The notes: a model not told the origin generated them from the letters alone. A stretch of DNA of 64,000 bases from Isurus oxyrinchus (GCA_026770705.1 JANJGN010000005.1:103726001-103790000), one strand, 5' to 3'; counted from the stretch's first letter, positions 39,601-51,479 are shown. A program made the numbers and translations.

Positions 39601-39974
39601 CATTTTTAGTACAGGCACAGAAGGTCAAAGTATTTCAATCCTACAGACATGAAATATTCAGTCCCAATATCCAAGCACACCCGCACCATACCCATGAGAA
39701 TACTCCACCACAGGCAATCACTAACAAAATCTTGCAGCCTGGAACTCACTGACATTCAGAATTTCACAAGACAATGTTCGGTTCATGAACAGCCATCAAA
39801 ATCTTTATTAGGGTAGAAATTGCCCTTATCAAGGGCAATTAGGGATGGATAATAAATTCTGACCGAGCTAGTGGTGCCCACGCTCCATTAAATAGTTTTT
39901 TTTAAAATGCAGATTAAGGTTTAACAGCTTATCATTCCTCATATCACACCTGGCTAAAATCAGGAACTTCCAAA

Positions 39975-40875
39975 AACATAGGACTTAAGGCCAGAAGTAG
40001 GCCATTCGGCCCTTTGAGTCTGCACCGCCATTCAACAAGATCATGGTTGATCTGGTTCTGGTCTCAATTCCACTTTCCTGTCTGCCTCCCATAACCCTCG
40101 TGGCCCTTATCTATGAAAAATCTGTCAAATTCTGTCTTGAATAAATTCAATGACTCTGCCTCCACAGCTCACTCGGGAAGAGAATTCCACATATTCCACA
40201 AAAAAAAATTACCCTCGTCTCAGTCTTAAGAGAGGCCTCTTATTAAAAACTTTTTCCACTAGCTCTAGTTTCCCCCACAGGTGGAAACATCTTCCCAGCA
40301 TCTACCGTATCAAGTTCCCTCAGGATCTTATTCTTCTGAGCTCCAATGGGTACAGGCCCAACCTATTCAACCTTTCTTCTTAGGATAACGCTTCATCCTA
40401 GGAATGAGTCGAGTTAACCTTCTCTGTACTGCTTCTAACACAATGTGTTTTTTTTTCCCAAATAAGACCACCAAAACTGAACACAGTATCTAGATGCGGT
40501 CTCACCAAGGCCCTGTACAGCTGCAGTAAAACATTGCTGCTTTTATATTCCATTCACCTTCCAATAAACAAATATTCCATTTGCCTTCCTAATCACTTGC
40601 TGTATATGTATTCTAACTTTGTAATTCATGTACCAGGCCACCCAGGTCCCTCTGTACCACCAAGTACTGCAAATGCTCTCCATTTAAAATGGGCAAGTTC
40701 ACACTTTCCTACATTATATTCCACCTCCCAAATTTTGTCTACTCATTTAACCTGTCTAGACTCCTTTGCAGACTTTCTACCTCCTCTTGACAAATTACTT
40801 TGCTATTTATCTTAGTGTCATGTAGCTAACATACATTCAGTCCTTCATCCAAATCACTAATGTAGATTATACATC
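39975..40875 (-). mobile_element. CR1 3' portion
   Basis: Same tail type as 26565 (agtaggccattcggccct...ccgccattcaa). Confidence 0.8.
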
Positions 40876-42265
40876 AAACCTAGAGATAAAAGAAAATTCA
40901 AGACAGGACAGGAACATGACCTTCAATGTTATACACCTAGCACATCTACTGGTGTATACAGAGCCTATGCAGGAATTGATTGTGCAACAGAAGTACCGCA
41001 TTTACAGAAAATTAGAGAAGATTCAGCTATGATATGACGGCAATAAAAATGTCTGCTGATATCCTCAGAAGAAAAAAGGTAGAGGAAGAGGAGATGGAAA
41101 ATAAATAAAGAACAGCATCAGAATGTGGGTATCTTCGTGAAATTCTAAATAACTTGACTGTCACATGCTATGCAGTGGGGGTGGGGCAGAACAGATGAAT
41201 CAAAAATGCTTTCCTTCCCCAACAGAGCTGCAACATGTGAAGACTTTCATTAAAACTAATTAATAAAATGAACATTAAAAGAGTTAGCTGTATGTCTCTG
41301 GTGAATAATAAATATATCTGCTTGATTATGTCATTAAAAGTTGTGACTATAAGTAGAGAGATCAAACACCCAGATGCCAGTGCTCTCAGACTATACAAAT
41401 ATTTGTCACTCGACCTGATTACAGTGGAGCTAAAGCAAGTAATTGAATATAGTTTACATGGTTTACCACCAAAATGCTAAAAAATTGCACAATCTGAGGG
41501 GGTGAAAATGTAAGTTTTTAAAAAGATATTAATCAAATCGCCTGGAATTCACTATATTATCTAATAGGGTAAGCAGAAATTTTCATAGGCGGATCATTTT
41601 CCTGAAGCACTACTTACAGTTATTTAAGTTACTCAGAGAATTAAATGGGCAGAATGGATGATGCAACAAATTACAAGACTGTGTAGAACTAATAACATTT
41701 ATAATTGCTGCAACTAGAATTTAACATTTTTTTTTTAAAAAGTGCAACTTTGACATCTTCAAGGCTTCTTTTATGCCAATAAGTTTATCTATCAGATGAT
41801 AGAACTGGGTACTACAGGAACAAGTGCAAGTTGTAGATTCAGTATTTTCATTTATTTTTCTTTGAACTTTCCAAATGGTGTTGATCTTAATTCCCTGTTA
41901 AAAAGCCACAAACTCCAAATTGAGAAATCCTCAACAGCTTCTATTGGCTCAACATAGAGTACATTACTCTCTCCTTAGCAAAGTCCAGAGAACCTGCCTG
42001 GTCTCCATTAATCAAGCCTGTTCACAAGTACTGCTGAAGCTTAAGCCACACAGTAAACTTCCCACTTAGCCAGCTGGAACTATCCCCAAATAAACTATGA
42101 ACAATCTCAGCCAACATTAACAAACCACTTTGATACAAACAAGAACCAACTCACCTACACCCTAGAGATAAAAACAAAAAAACTGCGGATGCTGGAAATC
42201 CAAAACAAAAACAGAATTACCTGGAAAAACTCAGCAGGTCTGGCAGCATCGGCGGAGAAGAAAAG

Positions 42266-42304
42266 AGTTGACGTTTCGAGTCCTCATGACCCTTCGACAG
42301 AACT
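42266..42304 (-). ncRNA. Mirror-image hammerhead motif
   Basis: Exact reverse complement of 42312-42350. Confidence 0.75.
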
Positions 42305-42311
42305 GAAAAAC

Positions 42312-42350
42312 AGTTCTGTCGAAGGGTCATGAGGACTCGAAACGTCAACT
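42312..42350 (+). ncRNA. Minimal type I hammerhead ribozyme motif (variant core CUGUCGA)
   Basis: AGUU-CUGUCGA-A-GGGUC-AUGAG-GACUC-GAAA-CGUC^AACU; stems I and II pair; ACGU palindrome sits at stem III. Confidence 0.75.
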
Positions 42351-43439
42351 CTTTTCTTCTCCGCCGATGCTGCCAGACCTGCTGAGTTTTTCCAGGTAAT
42401 TCTGTTTTTGTTTTGTTTTTTCACCTACACCCTAGAAGGATAGTCACTTGTAAATTACAAGCTCTTGCAGGACAGACAGCAATCACAATGGGCTCCTTGC
42501 ATGGCATTCTTAAAACAACTCAATAAGTTGACCACAGTATGATCACTAATTTACTCAAGCAATTCCAGTCCCCGGGGTAAATGCCAACATTGTATTTACC
42601 TCTTCAAATTGTTTTTTGCACCTGTCTGCTAACTTTTTAAGTAATCTGCATACCAGCTTCTGCTTATCTAGTTTCTAGCTTCTTATGATTTGGCCAATAT
42701 TCTGAATTCTTCTCCTTGGATCTAAATCTCTCACTTCCCCACATTCAACTCCAATTGCCAGTTCTGCTCACTCACTTAAGCTGTTCCTTTGTGACTTTCT
42801 GCTTCCTCCTACATACGGTACTGTTCTATATATGAAAAAACCAAGGTCAGAGTACAGATTACTGGAGAAAAATGGTTTCTCACATTTCATCAATTAGTAA
42901 ATTCCCTTTATCCCTAATCTCTTTCTCCAATCAATTTTAAATCCTTTTAAAAACTTTAAATTATGTCCTGAGGTTTCCTCCAGTTTCACATGTTCTAATT
43001 TTTACTCATCACTTGTGTGAACCATATCAAAAGTCCATACTGACAGCATCTTTAAGTACTCCCATCCACTTCATCTGTAGCCAAATTCACTTCCCCAACC
43101 AACACAGGAATCGTACCATATAAACAGCATTCAGGTAACACTTCCCATTCATTCAAAGTGAGTTTTCTCAGCTATATCACAGAACTTGTGCCTTCAAAGA
43201 AATGGACATTAAATTGTTTAAGATCAAGCAACACCCAATACTTGTGCACAGAAGTAAACAATTTCTGAATCCCACTGATGCGCTTTGAAGTTACCATCTG
43301 GACTGTACATGTTATAATCCCACATCTGGCAGATGAAACTATACCCATGTACTCTTCCAGTCAGCACAGCAGCTGAATGCAACATGGAATTTCAACTGTT
43401 ATAACTATATATATTATGTTCTTATTTTATGTAATAGTT

Positions 43440-44330
43440 TATAAGAAAATAAGTAGAGGCATAACATACAAAAGCAAGGAAGTTATGATGAACCTTCCTA
43501 AAACACTGGTTCAGTCTCAAATGGAGCATCGTCTCCAATGTCTGGCACCATACTTTAGAAAGGATGTGAAGGCATTAGAGGGGGTTTAGAAATGATGTAG
43601 GAGAATGGTTCCGGGGATAAGAGGCTTCAGTTATGAGGGCAGACTGGAGAAGCTGGGGCTGTTCTCGATAGAGAGGGTTAACTTGAGATTTGATTGAGAT
43701 GTTCACAATCCTGAAGGGTCTGGATGAGTAGATAGAGAGAAACATTCCCATTGGAAGAAGTATCAACGACCAGAGGACAGCAATGTAAGGAGAGCAGTAA
43801 AGGAACCAAAGATAACAGGAGAAAAAACTTTTTTTATGCAATGAATGGTTCGGATCTGGAACGCACTACCTGAATGTGGGGTGGAGGCCCAATAGTTCGC
43901 CATTGTGAGATTTGAACTCTTGATACTCTTTCGAGCACAAACCCGTTTCCATCTGTTTCAGATGAAGTTACATTGTTTCATAGTTTGCCATTGTGAGATT
44001 TGAACTCTTGATACTCTTTCGAGCACAAACCCATTTCCATCTGTTTCAGATGAAGTTACATTGTTTCATAGTTTGCCATTGTGAGATTTGAACTCTCAAT
44101 CTTGGGGTTACAAACCCAGTACCATAACCACTTGGCTATTTAGGCCAAGCCATGGAGGCCCAGTGGTGCCTTTCAAAAGAGAATTGGATAATTAACTGAA
44201 GAGAAAAAAAATGTCAGGTCTACAGGGAAAGAGCGGGGGAGAGGGACTCGCTAAACCGTTCTTGCAGAGAACCGACACGGATACAATGGGATGAATGGCC
44301 TCCTTCTGCGCTGTAACGAGTCTATGAAGG
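43440..44330 (+). mobile_element. CR1 3' end (hosts a SINE insertion)
   Basis: ISRGITYKSKEVMMNL...APYFRKDVKALEGV; CR1 hairpin tail. Confidence 0.85.
43892..44152 (-). mobile_element. tRNA-Thr(TGT)-like SINE or tRNA pseudogene with 88-bp tandem duplication
   Basis: Minus strand has A box TAGCCAAGTGG, anticodon loop tTGTaa and B box GAGTTCAAATC; units start at 43892, 43980 and 44068; 10-bp TSD tggaggccca (43882-43891, 44153-44162). Confidence 0.8.
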
Positions 44331-44499
44331 AAAAATAATGGAGATACACATCGGTGGACAGATCCAACCATCACGTCCCCACTGTACAAAATGTTTGACA
44401 TCCTGCAAGAGAGTTAGGTACTGCAGAAAATGCCTTTTTAATTAAAAGGCAGGTATAAAAGCAGAGCAGAGATTTGTCTTTGACCTCTGAAAAGAGGCG

Positions 44500-45180
44500 G
44501 CGTATGACGATCTGACTGAGACCCGGTGCAAATCTTGCAAGAAAAGCGATGATCCCTCAAACACAAGGTGCATCCAACACGCGGTTAAACGGGAAAAGGT
44601 GCATTTTAAAACATGCAAAATAAAAATCGCGCTCACTAACAAGGCTGCATTCCCCCGGCGCGGTAACCGATCCCTGCTCTCCTGAAGCAGGGCTGCTGTC
44701 TGGTGGCTCAGCCGGAGCCCTCTCTACTCATCTCGCCACCGGGGTCTCTAACCTTTTCTGGATCCCGAGGTGTTGGACCTGCTGCTGCCAGCCTTGTTCT
44801 TCGAAGTCATGGTTCGCTCGCTTAAAACGTTTCGTAAATGGAGGCGGCGGAGTCAGAATCAGAAAAATCACAGCCCACCTCACACTCGCTGCTCACAGCC
44901 TGAATCCCAATTTCCACCGCCCGAGCCCGGTGGCACAGTCACAACCCAACCTGACTCACAACCCGCTTGATTGACAGCACACCAACAGCAATCAGCGGCC
45001 TCCTTCCCAAGACAGGCCCTGATTTCTGTTGGACAGCCGGCGAAATGATCCGCCCCTCCGATTGAAGGGGGCGGGGCTGCTGTTTCCATCAGGTTCGGTT
45101 GAAGTGCAGCGTGCGCGCCGAGCGAACGTGGCAACATGGAAGCAGCAAAGTCTCGCGAGAAGTGCGGCCTGGTGGCAGCC
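44500..45180. promoter_or_regulatory. CpG-island promoter
   Basis: Only CpG-dense non-TE stretch in the window; GC box ggggcggggc (45068-45077), NRF1-like gcgtgcgcg, palindrome TCTCGCGAGA (45151-45160). Confidence 0.85.
44753..44810 (-). CDS. First coding exon of an unidentified host gene (MTSKNKAGSSRSNTSGSRK, phase 1)
   Basis: gaaccATG inside the CpG island; aag|gttaga donor; an in-frame stop follows immediately if unspliced. Confidence 0.65.
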
Positions 45181-45259
45181 TCTATTCTGCAGTTGAGTGC
45201 TAAGAAATCAATTTGTGTCTTAAATTGAGGTGATAGTACCAGGACACATTTACTGCCCA

Positions 45260-46050
45260 ACCCTAGTTTCACTGAGAAGGTGGGGATGGCACTGGCCCTT
45301 CCCATTGAATCATCGCAGTCCTGTAGCACATTGTGCACACACAGTGGTGTAAGCTAGGGAATTCCAGGATTCACAAAATTGTTTATTTTTTATTCATTTA
45401 TGGGGTGTGGGCTTCGCTGGCTGGGCCAGCATTTATTGCCCATCCCTAGTTGCCCTCGAGAAGGTGGTAGTGGACTACCTTCTTGAACTGCTGCAGTCCA
45501 TGGGATGTAGGTATACCCACAGTGCTCTTAGGAAGGGAGTTCCAGGATTTTCACACAGCCACAGTGAAGGAACAGTGATATATTTCCAAGTCAGGATGGC
45601 GAGTAATTTGGAGTGGAACTTCCAGGTTGTGGTGTTCCCATCTATCTACTGCCCTTGTCCTTCTAGATGGCAGTGGTTGTGGGTTTAGAAGGTGCTGTTT
45701 AAGGTGCTGCTATGGTGTAGAAGGAAGCCATTTGGCCCATCGCGTCTGCACCGGCTCTCTGAGCATGTTAACTTAGTGCCAATTTCCTGCCTTTCCCCAT
45801 AACCCTGCATATTGTTTCTATTTAAACAATCATCCAATGCCCTCTTGAATGCCTCAGTTGAACCTGCCTCCAGCACACTTCCAGGCAGTGCATTCCAAAC
45901 CCTAACTACTCGCTCTGTGAATTTTTTTTTCTCACCTCGCATTTGCTTCTTTAGCAATTCACTTTAAAACTGTGCCCTCTGGTTCTTGATCCATTTACAA
46001 GCGGGGACAGTTTCTCCCTATCTACTCTGTCCAGACCCCTCATGATCCTG
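45260..46050 (-). mobile_element. 3' ends of the second-family LINE (45260-45705) and of CR1 (45706-46050)
   Basis: FTERVVRVWNALPGSVLEAGSTEAFKRALD (CR1 ORF2 end); family tail ccagcatttattgcccatcc. Confidence 0.8.
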
Positions 46051-46067
46051 ACCCAGAGACCCTGCCA

Positions 46068-46371
46068 CAGGGTGACCAACTGTCTTGTATTTTAAGGGAT
46101 TTCCCTTATTTTGAGTCTTGTGTCCCTTAAGGGATTCCTTTTGTCACCTATTTTTAGGACAGCCTGTGGGACTCAAATCCTGGGAGTCTCCAGGGTGAGT
46201 TTGATTGATTTGAGCAGGACTGCATGTGAGTGAGTTGGTCAGCAGAGAAATTATAATGTTGTGATTGAACAAGATAAGTTGCAAGTTTCAGTTGATTTTA
46301 ACCCCCCTTAGCCCGCTTGCCACCCCCCACCCGGTTGATGTGTCCCTTACTTTAAAGAGTTTGTCACCCTG
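46068..46371. mobile_element. hAT (Blackjack-like) MITE
   Basis: TIR cagggtgaccaac / gtttgtcaccctg with subterminal tgtccctta repeats; no clear 8-bp TSD. Confidence 0.6.
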
Positions 46372-46559
46372 CATGTAAGATTCTCTGAAAATGTTACACT
46401 TCTGGCAACCAATCTACTACGAGAGAATATCATAATGATTTTAGCAGGAGAAGACCATTTATCCATCTAGCTTACCCTTTCAAACATTCCCATTAGGTGA
46501 TTCAGGAACTAAACACACAGTCAGGTTTAGGCTGAATCACAAAATGTAGATAAATCTAC

Positions 46560-46825
46560 ACATGACATCTTGTCAATCTCTTCTTAGCCTTCACCTATTG
46601 CTGATCTTCTATCCAGCTTCACCTGCTCCACCACCCCCACCCCGCTTAAACAGTATAAATTTTATCACATTTCTACTTCTCTTTAGCTCTGAAGAAGGGT
46701 TATACAGACTCAAAACATTAACTCTGTTTCTCACTCCACAGATGCCGTCAGATCTGCTGAGTTTTTCCAGCATTTTCTGTTTTCATTTCGGATTTCCAGC
46801 ATCCACAGTATTTTGCTTTTATCTT
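46560..46825 (+). mobile_element. PLE 3' UTR and terminus
   Basis: ctgaagaagggttatacagactcaaaacattaac and standard tail. Confidence 0.8.
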
Positions 46826-46849
46826 TGATGTTAAGAGGAACTTGGGAAC

Positions 46850-47500
46850 GCAGAAAGTAAGCAAGAAATTAGGAAGTCAAATGGCATATTGGCCTTTATT
46901 GCAACGGAATTGGATTACAAGAATAAATAAATTTTGCTACAATAGTACAGGGCTTTGGTGATATCACACTTGGAGTACTGTGCTCAGTTGTGGTCACCAT
47001 ATCAAAGAAAGGTTTATTTGCCTTGGAGGTAACACAGTGAAGTTTCACTAGATTGGTTTCTGGGATGAGAAGGTTGTCTCATGATGAGAGACTGAGTAAA
47101 TTGGGCCTATACTTGCCAGAATTTAGAAAAATGAGAGGTGATCACATTGAAACATAAAGATTCCAATGGTACTTGACAGGGTAAGCTCTGAGACATGAAC
47201 AGGGGGACACAGTCTCAGGATAAGGGGTTGATCATTTCGGACTGAGATAAGAAGTTACTTCACTCAAAGGCTTGTAAATCTTTGGAAATCTGTATTCCAG
47301 ATGGCTGTGGTTGTGCTATCATTGAATATATTCAAAGGCTGAGGTAGACAAATTTTTAGTCTCAGGAAATCAAGGGCTTATGGGAAAGGGTGAGAAAGTG
47401 GAGCTGATGTAGAAGATCAGGCATGATTGTATTGAATGACAGAGCAGGCTCGAGGGGCCAAATGGCCTACTGTTGTTCCTATTTCATATGCTCTTATGTC
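46850..47500 (+). mobile_element. CR1 3' end
   Basis: ORF2 C-terminus-like DNA and gaggggccaaatggcctact hairpin tail. Confidence 0.8.
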
Positions 47501-47639
47501 ATAGGTTGCTGGAAAAAATGAAATTGGTAACCAGTATAAGATGCTAGTAGGAGCTATTACTGAGTCAGCTTCAGGTCCGTGGGTGTTTCTTATAGTCATG
47601 TCCCAAGTGATGTTGTTTCACTCTCCACCTTTCATGACC

Positions 47640-50600
47640 CAAACATACTTTCTTCCTTTTCTGCCCTGGAAAAAACTATCCCCCAATTCACATAAGACTG
47701 CACTTTCAAAATCCCAACTATGTAGCCTTTAGCCCTCCATTCGCTACAACATTTCTGTAGCCACCAATTTGCCCAACCACACCTTCGCTTCCGCTTTTGA
47801 TGCCCTAGTCCCCAATAAAACTACTACTCCCTCTCACCATGGCCATTCCCACTGGTACAGCTGTCATCTCTGCTCCAGGGGATGCAGACTTGAAATGATA
47901 TGGTGAACAATTAGTTTAACCTTGCACCACCAGATCTGGCTGGAGCACATAAAGCACAATCGGGATTTACTCTCGTTTGATCATCCTTGAATACTAAGAT
48001 AACTCCTGGCTTCTTTTCTCCACTGCAAACAGTCTTCCTAAACCCCTCTCACCTTTCGCGTCTGCTGGGAGTGCTTCTTCAAATGAGCAGAGTATCCATT
48101 GCAAAATCATATGAGTTAGAAGCCTTTTCTAGGTTACCCAGTGCTCCACTGAGTGCTATATTTGTCCCTGGCCATCTCCGAGGGCTATACAGGATCTGAG
48201 AGAGATGGGCAACGTGTTCTCGGTGGGAGACACAACTTCCAGTGAGGAGGAGAGTGAGAGAAAGAAGGGCAGAGTGAGAGGTCCAGGATGGCAGACTGGT
48301 CAAAAAAAGTGAGATCCCATGGGATACAGGGTAAGATGGCAAGTTGGATCAAATATTGGCTCAGCAACAGAAAACAAAGGGTAATGGTCAATGGATGTTT
48401 TTGCAAATGGAAAGCAGTCTCCAGTGACGTTCCACAGGGCTCAGTGTTGGGGCTCTTGGTATTTGTTGTCTATATTGATTTGGACTTAAATGGGGGAGGT
48501 ATGATTGGGAAATTTGCAGATGACACAAAATTGGCTGTGTACTTGATAATGAAGAGGATAGCTGTTGTCTCCAGAATTATATCAATGGTTTGGTTCAGTG
48601 GTGGAAAAGTGAGAAATGGAATTCAATCCAGAAAAGTGTGAGGTAATGCATTTGGGAATGCCAAACAAAGCTAGAGAATACTCAGTATACGGGAGGATAT
48701 TGAGAGGGGTTGAGGAAGTGAGAGACACTGGAATGCATGTCCACAGGTCCATGAAGGAGCCAGGACAGGTGGATAAGGTGGTAAAGAAAGCATTTATTGG
48801 ATGAGGTATTGAATACAAAGGCAGGGATGTAATGATGGAACTATATAAAATGCTGGTTAGACCACAGCTGGAATTTTGTGTACAGTTCTGGTCACATTAC
48901 AGGAGGAACATAGTTGCTCTGGAGACAGTGCAGAGGAGATTTACATGAGTGTTGCCAGGGCTTGAAAATTGCAGCTATGAGGAAAGATTGGTAGGCTAGG
49001 GTTGTATTCCTTAGAAAAGAGGAAGCTGAGGGATAGACTAATTGAAGTGCACAAAATTATGAGGGGCCTAGATGAGGTTTAAAGGAAAAACCTGTTTCAC
49101 TTAGCTAAGGGATCAATTACTAGGTGGAATAGATTTATGGTGATTGGTAGAAGGATTAGAGGGAACATGAGGAAAAGCTTCCTCACCCAGAGGGTAGTGG
49201 GCATTCTAGAATTCACTGCCCAAATTAGTGTAATGCTCAACTTATTTAAAAGGTACCTACCAGGATCTGCACCTGAAGTGCTGTAACCTGCAAGACTATG
49301 GACCGGTGCTGGAAAGTGGGATTAAAAATGAGCAGCCAGTTTCTTTTTTGTTGGCCGGCAGAGACACAATGGGCTGAATGGCCTCGTTCTGCGCCATAAC
49401 TTTTCCATGGTTCTATGGTCTGTCTTCACCTCCAACAATAAGTCGAGGACCTCATGGACATATTTATCACTAAGATCGAGACAATCCGATCAGCTGCCTC
49501 TGGCACTTGCCTACCATCCACTAGTCCCAAGCTAAATTTCCTCTAAAATTGCCTCTGCCCTAGCACTAAACTCGTATATTTCTCTAGTTTCTCTCCTATC
49601 TTCCTTCATTCCCTCAGCAAACTGATCATGCCCTCGAGATGCACCTCCAGCAACCTTGACCCTACTCTCACTTAATTAACGACCACCAATGTCCATTTCT
49701 GGTCCTCTTGTTAGCTAATATTGTTAAGGGTTTTCTCTTTTCCGGTGCTGTCCTTTCCTTTAATTCTATCTTCATTACCCCTTTCTTCAGAAAACAACTC
49801 TTCCCCCCATCTTCCCTAATCTCCAATCTCCCTTTCCTCTCCAAGTCCTTGAATATATAGTCATTTCCCAAATTTGTGCCCATGTTTCCTGGAACTCCAT
49901 GTCTGAATCCCTCCAATCAGGTTTCATCCCTGCCACAGTACAGAATTGGCCTTCTTCAAAGACACAAATGCCATCTTATGTGACTGCGACAAAGTAATCT
50001 AGCCCTCCTCACCCTTCTCAACCTGTCTGTAGCCTTTGATACAGTTGACCAAGCCATCCTCCTCCAACACCTTTTGCTCTCCAGCTCTTGCCTGGTCCCA
50101 TTCTTGTCCATCAACTCATAGCCAAAGTATCACTTGCAATGTCTTCTCTTCATGCTTCTGCAGTGTTATCTCTGTTCTCCCAGGATCTGTCCTTGCTGCC
50201 CTCTTATTTCTTGTGTACATAATACCCCTCATTAGAAAGCCAAGTGTTAATTTTCATATGTATTACTGTAGACACTCAGCTTTACCTCACCACCGCTGCT
50301 CTCAACTCCTCCATTGTTGATAACTTATCAGACTGCTTATCCAACATCCAGTACCGGATGAACAGAAATTTCCTCCAATTAAATATTGGGAAGACTTGTC
50401 TTCAGTTTCTGCCCTATCTCCATCTCTGGATATTGACTCCATCTCTCTTCCTGGCAACTGTCTGAGACTAAACCAGACTGTTCTTGACGTCATATTTGAG
50501 CCCGAGATTAGCATGCGAACATACATGGCATCAAGACCACCTATTTCCACCTCCGTAACGTCACCTGAGCTTTAGTCCCTGCCTGAGCTCATCTGCTGTG

Positions 50601-51152
50601 AAACACTCATTCATGCCTTTATTACCTCAAGATTGGACTACTTCAATGCATCCTTGCTGGCCTATTACATTCTACCCTCCGTAAACTTGAGGTTATCCAA
50701 ATCTTGGCTGCCCATGTCCTTACTCACTACAAATCCTGTTCACCTATCTCACCTGCACTTGCTGACCTAGATTGACTCCTAGTTAAGCAACGCCTTGATT
50801 TTAAAGTTATCATCCTTGTTTTCAAGACTCTTCTGAACTCACCCCTCCTTATCTTTCCAGCCCAGCAATTCTCAGAGATATCTATGCATATCTAATTCTG
50901 ATCCATTGAGCATCCCCAATTTTAATTGCTCCACCACTGGTGGCCATGCCTTCAGCTGCCAAATCTCCAAACTCTGGAATTTCCTCTCTAAAATACTCTT
51001 TTTTCTCCCTCTCTTTTTTTCCTTTAAGGTACTTCTTAAAACCTTTCTCTTTGACCAAGCTTTTGATCATCTGCCCTATAATACTCCTGTGAAGCAGCTT
51101 GGGATGTTTCATTATGTTGAAGTCCCTGTACAAATATAAATTGCTGTTGTTG
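47640..51152 (+). mobile_element. L2-type LINE interrupted by CR1
   Basis: VDTQLYL...WM/RMNRNFLQLNIGKT, PGSVLAALLF, RLDYFNA; tail ctgtgaagcagcttgggatg...ttgctgttgttg; resumes at about 49420. Confidence 0.8.
48185..49418 (+). mobile_element. CR1 3' portion nested in L2
   Basis: VPQGSVLG...KFADDTK; MEFNPEKCEVMHLG; tail ccatggttctatgg. Confidence 0.9.
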
Positions 51153-51261
51153 AGGGCTAGATTATGCATAAATTACAGTAGATTGAATAAGGCAGCTATT
51201 AAAAAAACAAATACCAATGCCAATACAATGTACCCCTGACAACAGTGACAACAGATTCACC

Positions 51262-51365
51262 CAGTTCTGTTGAAGGGTCATGAGGACTCGAAACGTCAAC
51301 TCTTTTCTTCTCCGCCGATGCTGCCAGATCTGCTGAGTTTTTCCAGGTAATTCTGTTTTTGTTTT
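51262..51365 (+). mobile_element. Short PLE terminal module with hammerhead (51263-51301)
   Basis: Near-identical to 42311-42415; core CUGUUGA. Confidence 0.88.
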
Positions 51366-51479
51366 AGTGTCAAATCAGAATTGTTCCTGTTCAAGGTGCC
51401 ATGATTTGAATTTAGCAAGGCTATATGCCAGCACCTGATTACTAAGTCAAGAGGTAAGCTATTTGTAGTAGAATGCCCA

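Larger units (their letters stand above)
42167..42420. mobile_element. Palindromic PLE terminal-module insertion
   Basis: 105-bp perfect inverted arms 42201-42305 / 42311-42415 with an AAAAA loop; 16-bp TSD tcacctacaccctaga (42151-42166, 42421-42436). Confidence 0.95.

Noticed and set aside
42599-42721. Possible exon ending gag|gtaaat
   Set aside because: Stops in all three frames
44068-44148. Functional tRNA-Thr gene
   Set aside because: Acceptor stem pairs poorly, no T-run terminator, and TSD-flanked inside a CR1
14794-44810. Assigning the gene symbol ASPH, TRDN or PPP2R5C
   Set aside because: Only compositional or very short resemblance; no diagnostic exon found in the window
44880-45338. 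152-aa minus-strand ORF across the promoter
   Set aside because: Begins in a LINE fragment and crosses GC-rich promoter DNA; no recognisable protein features
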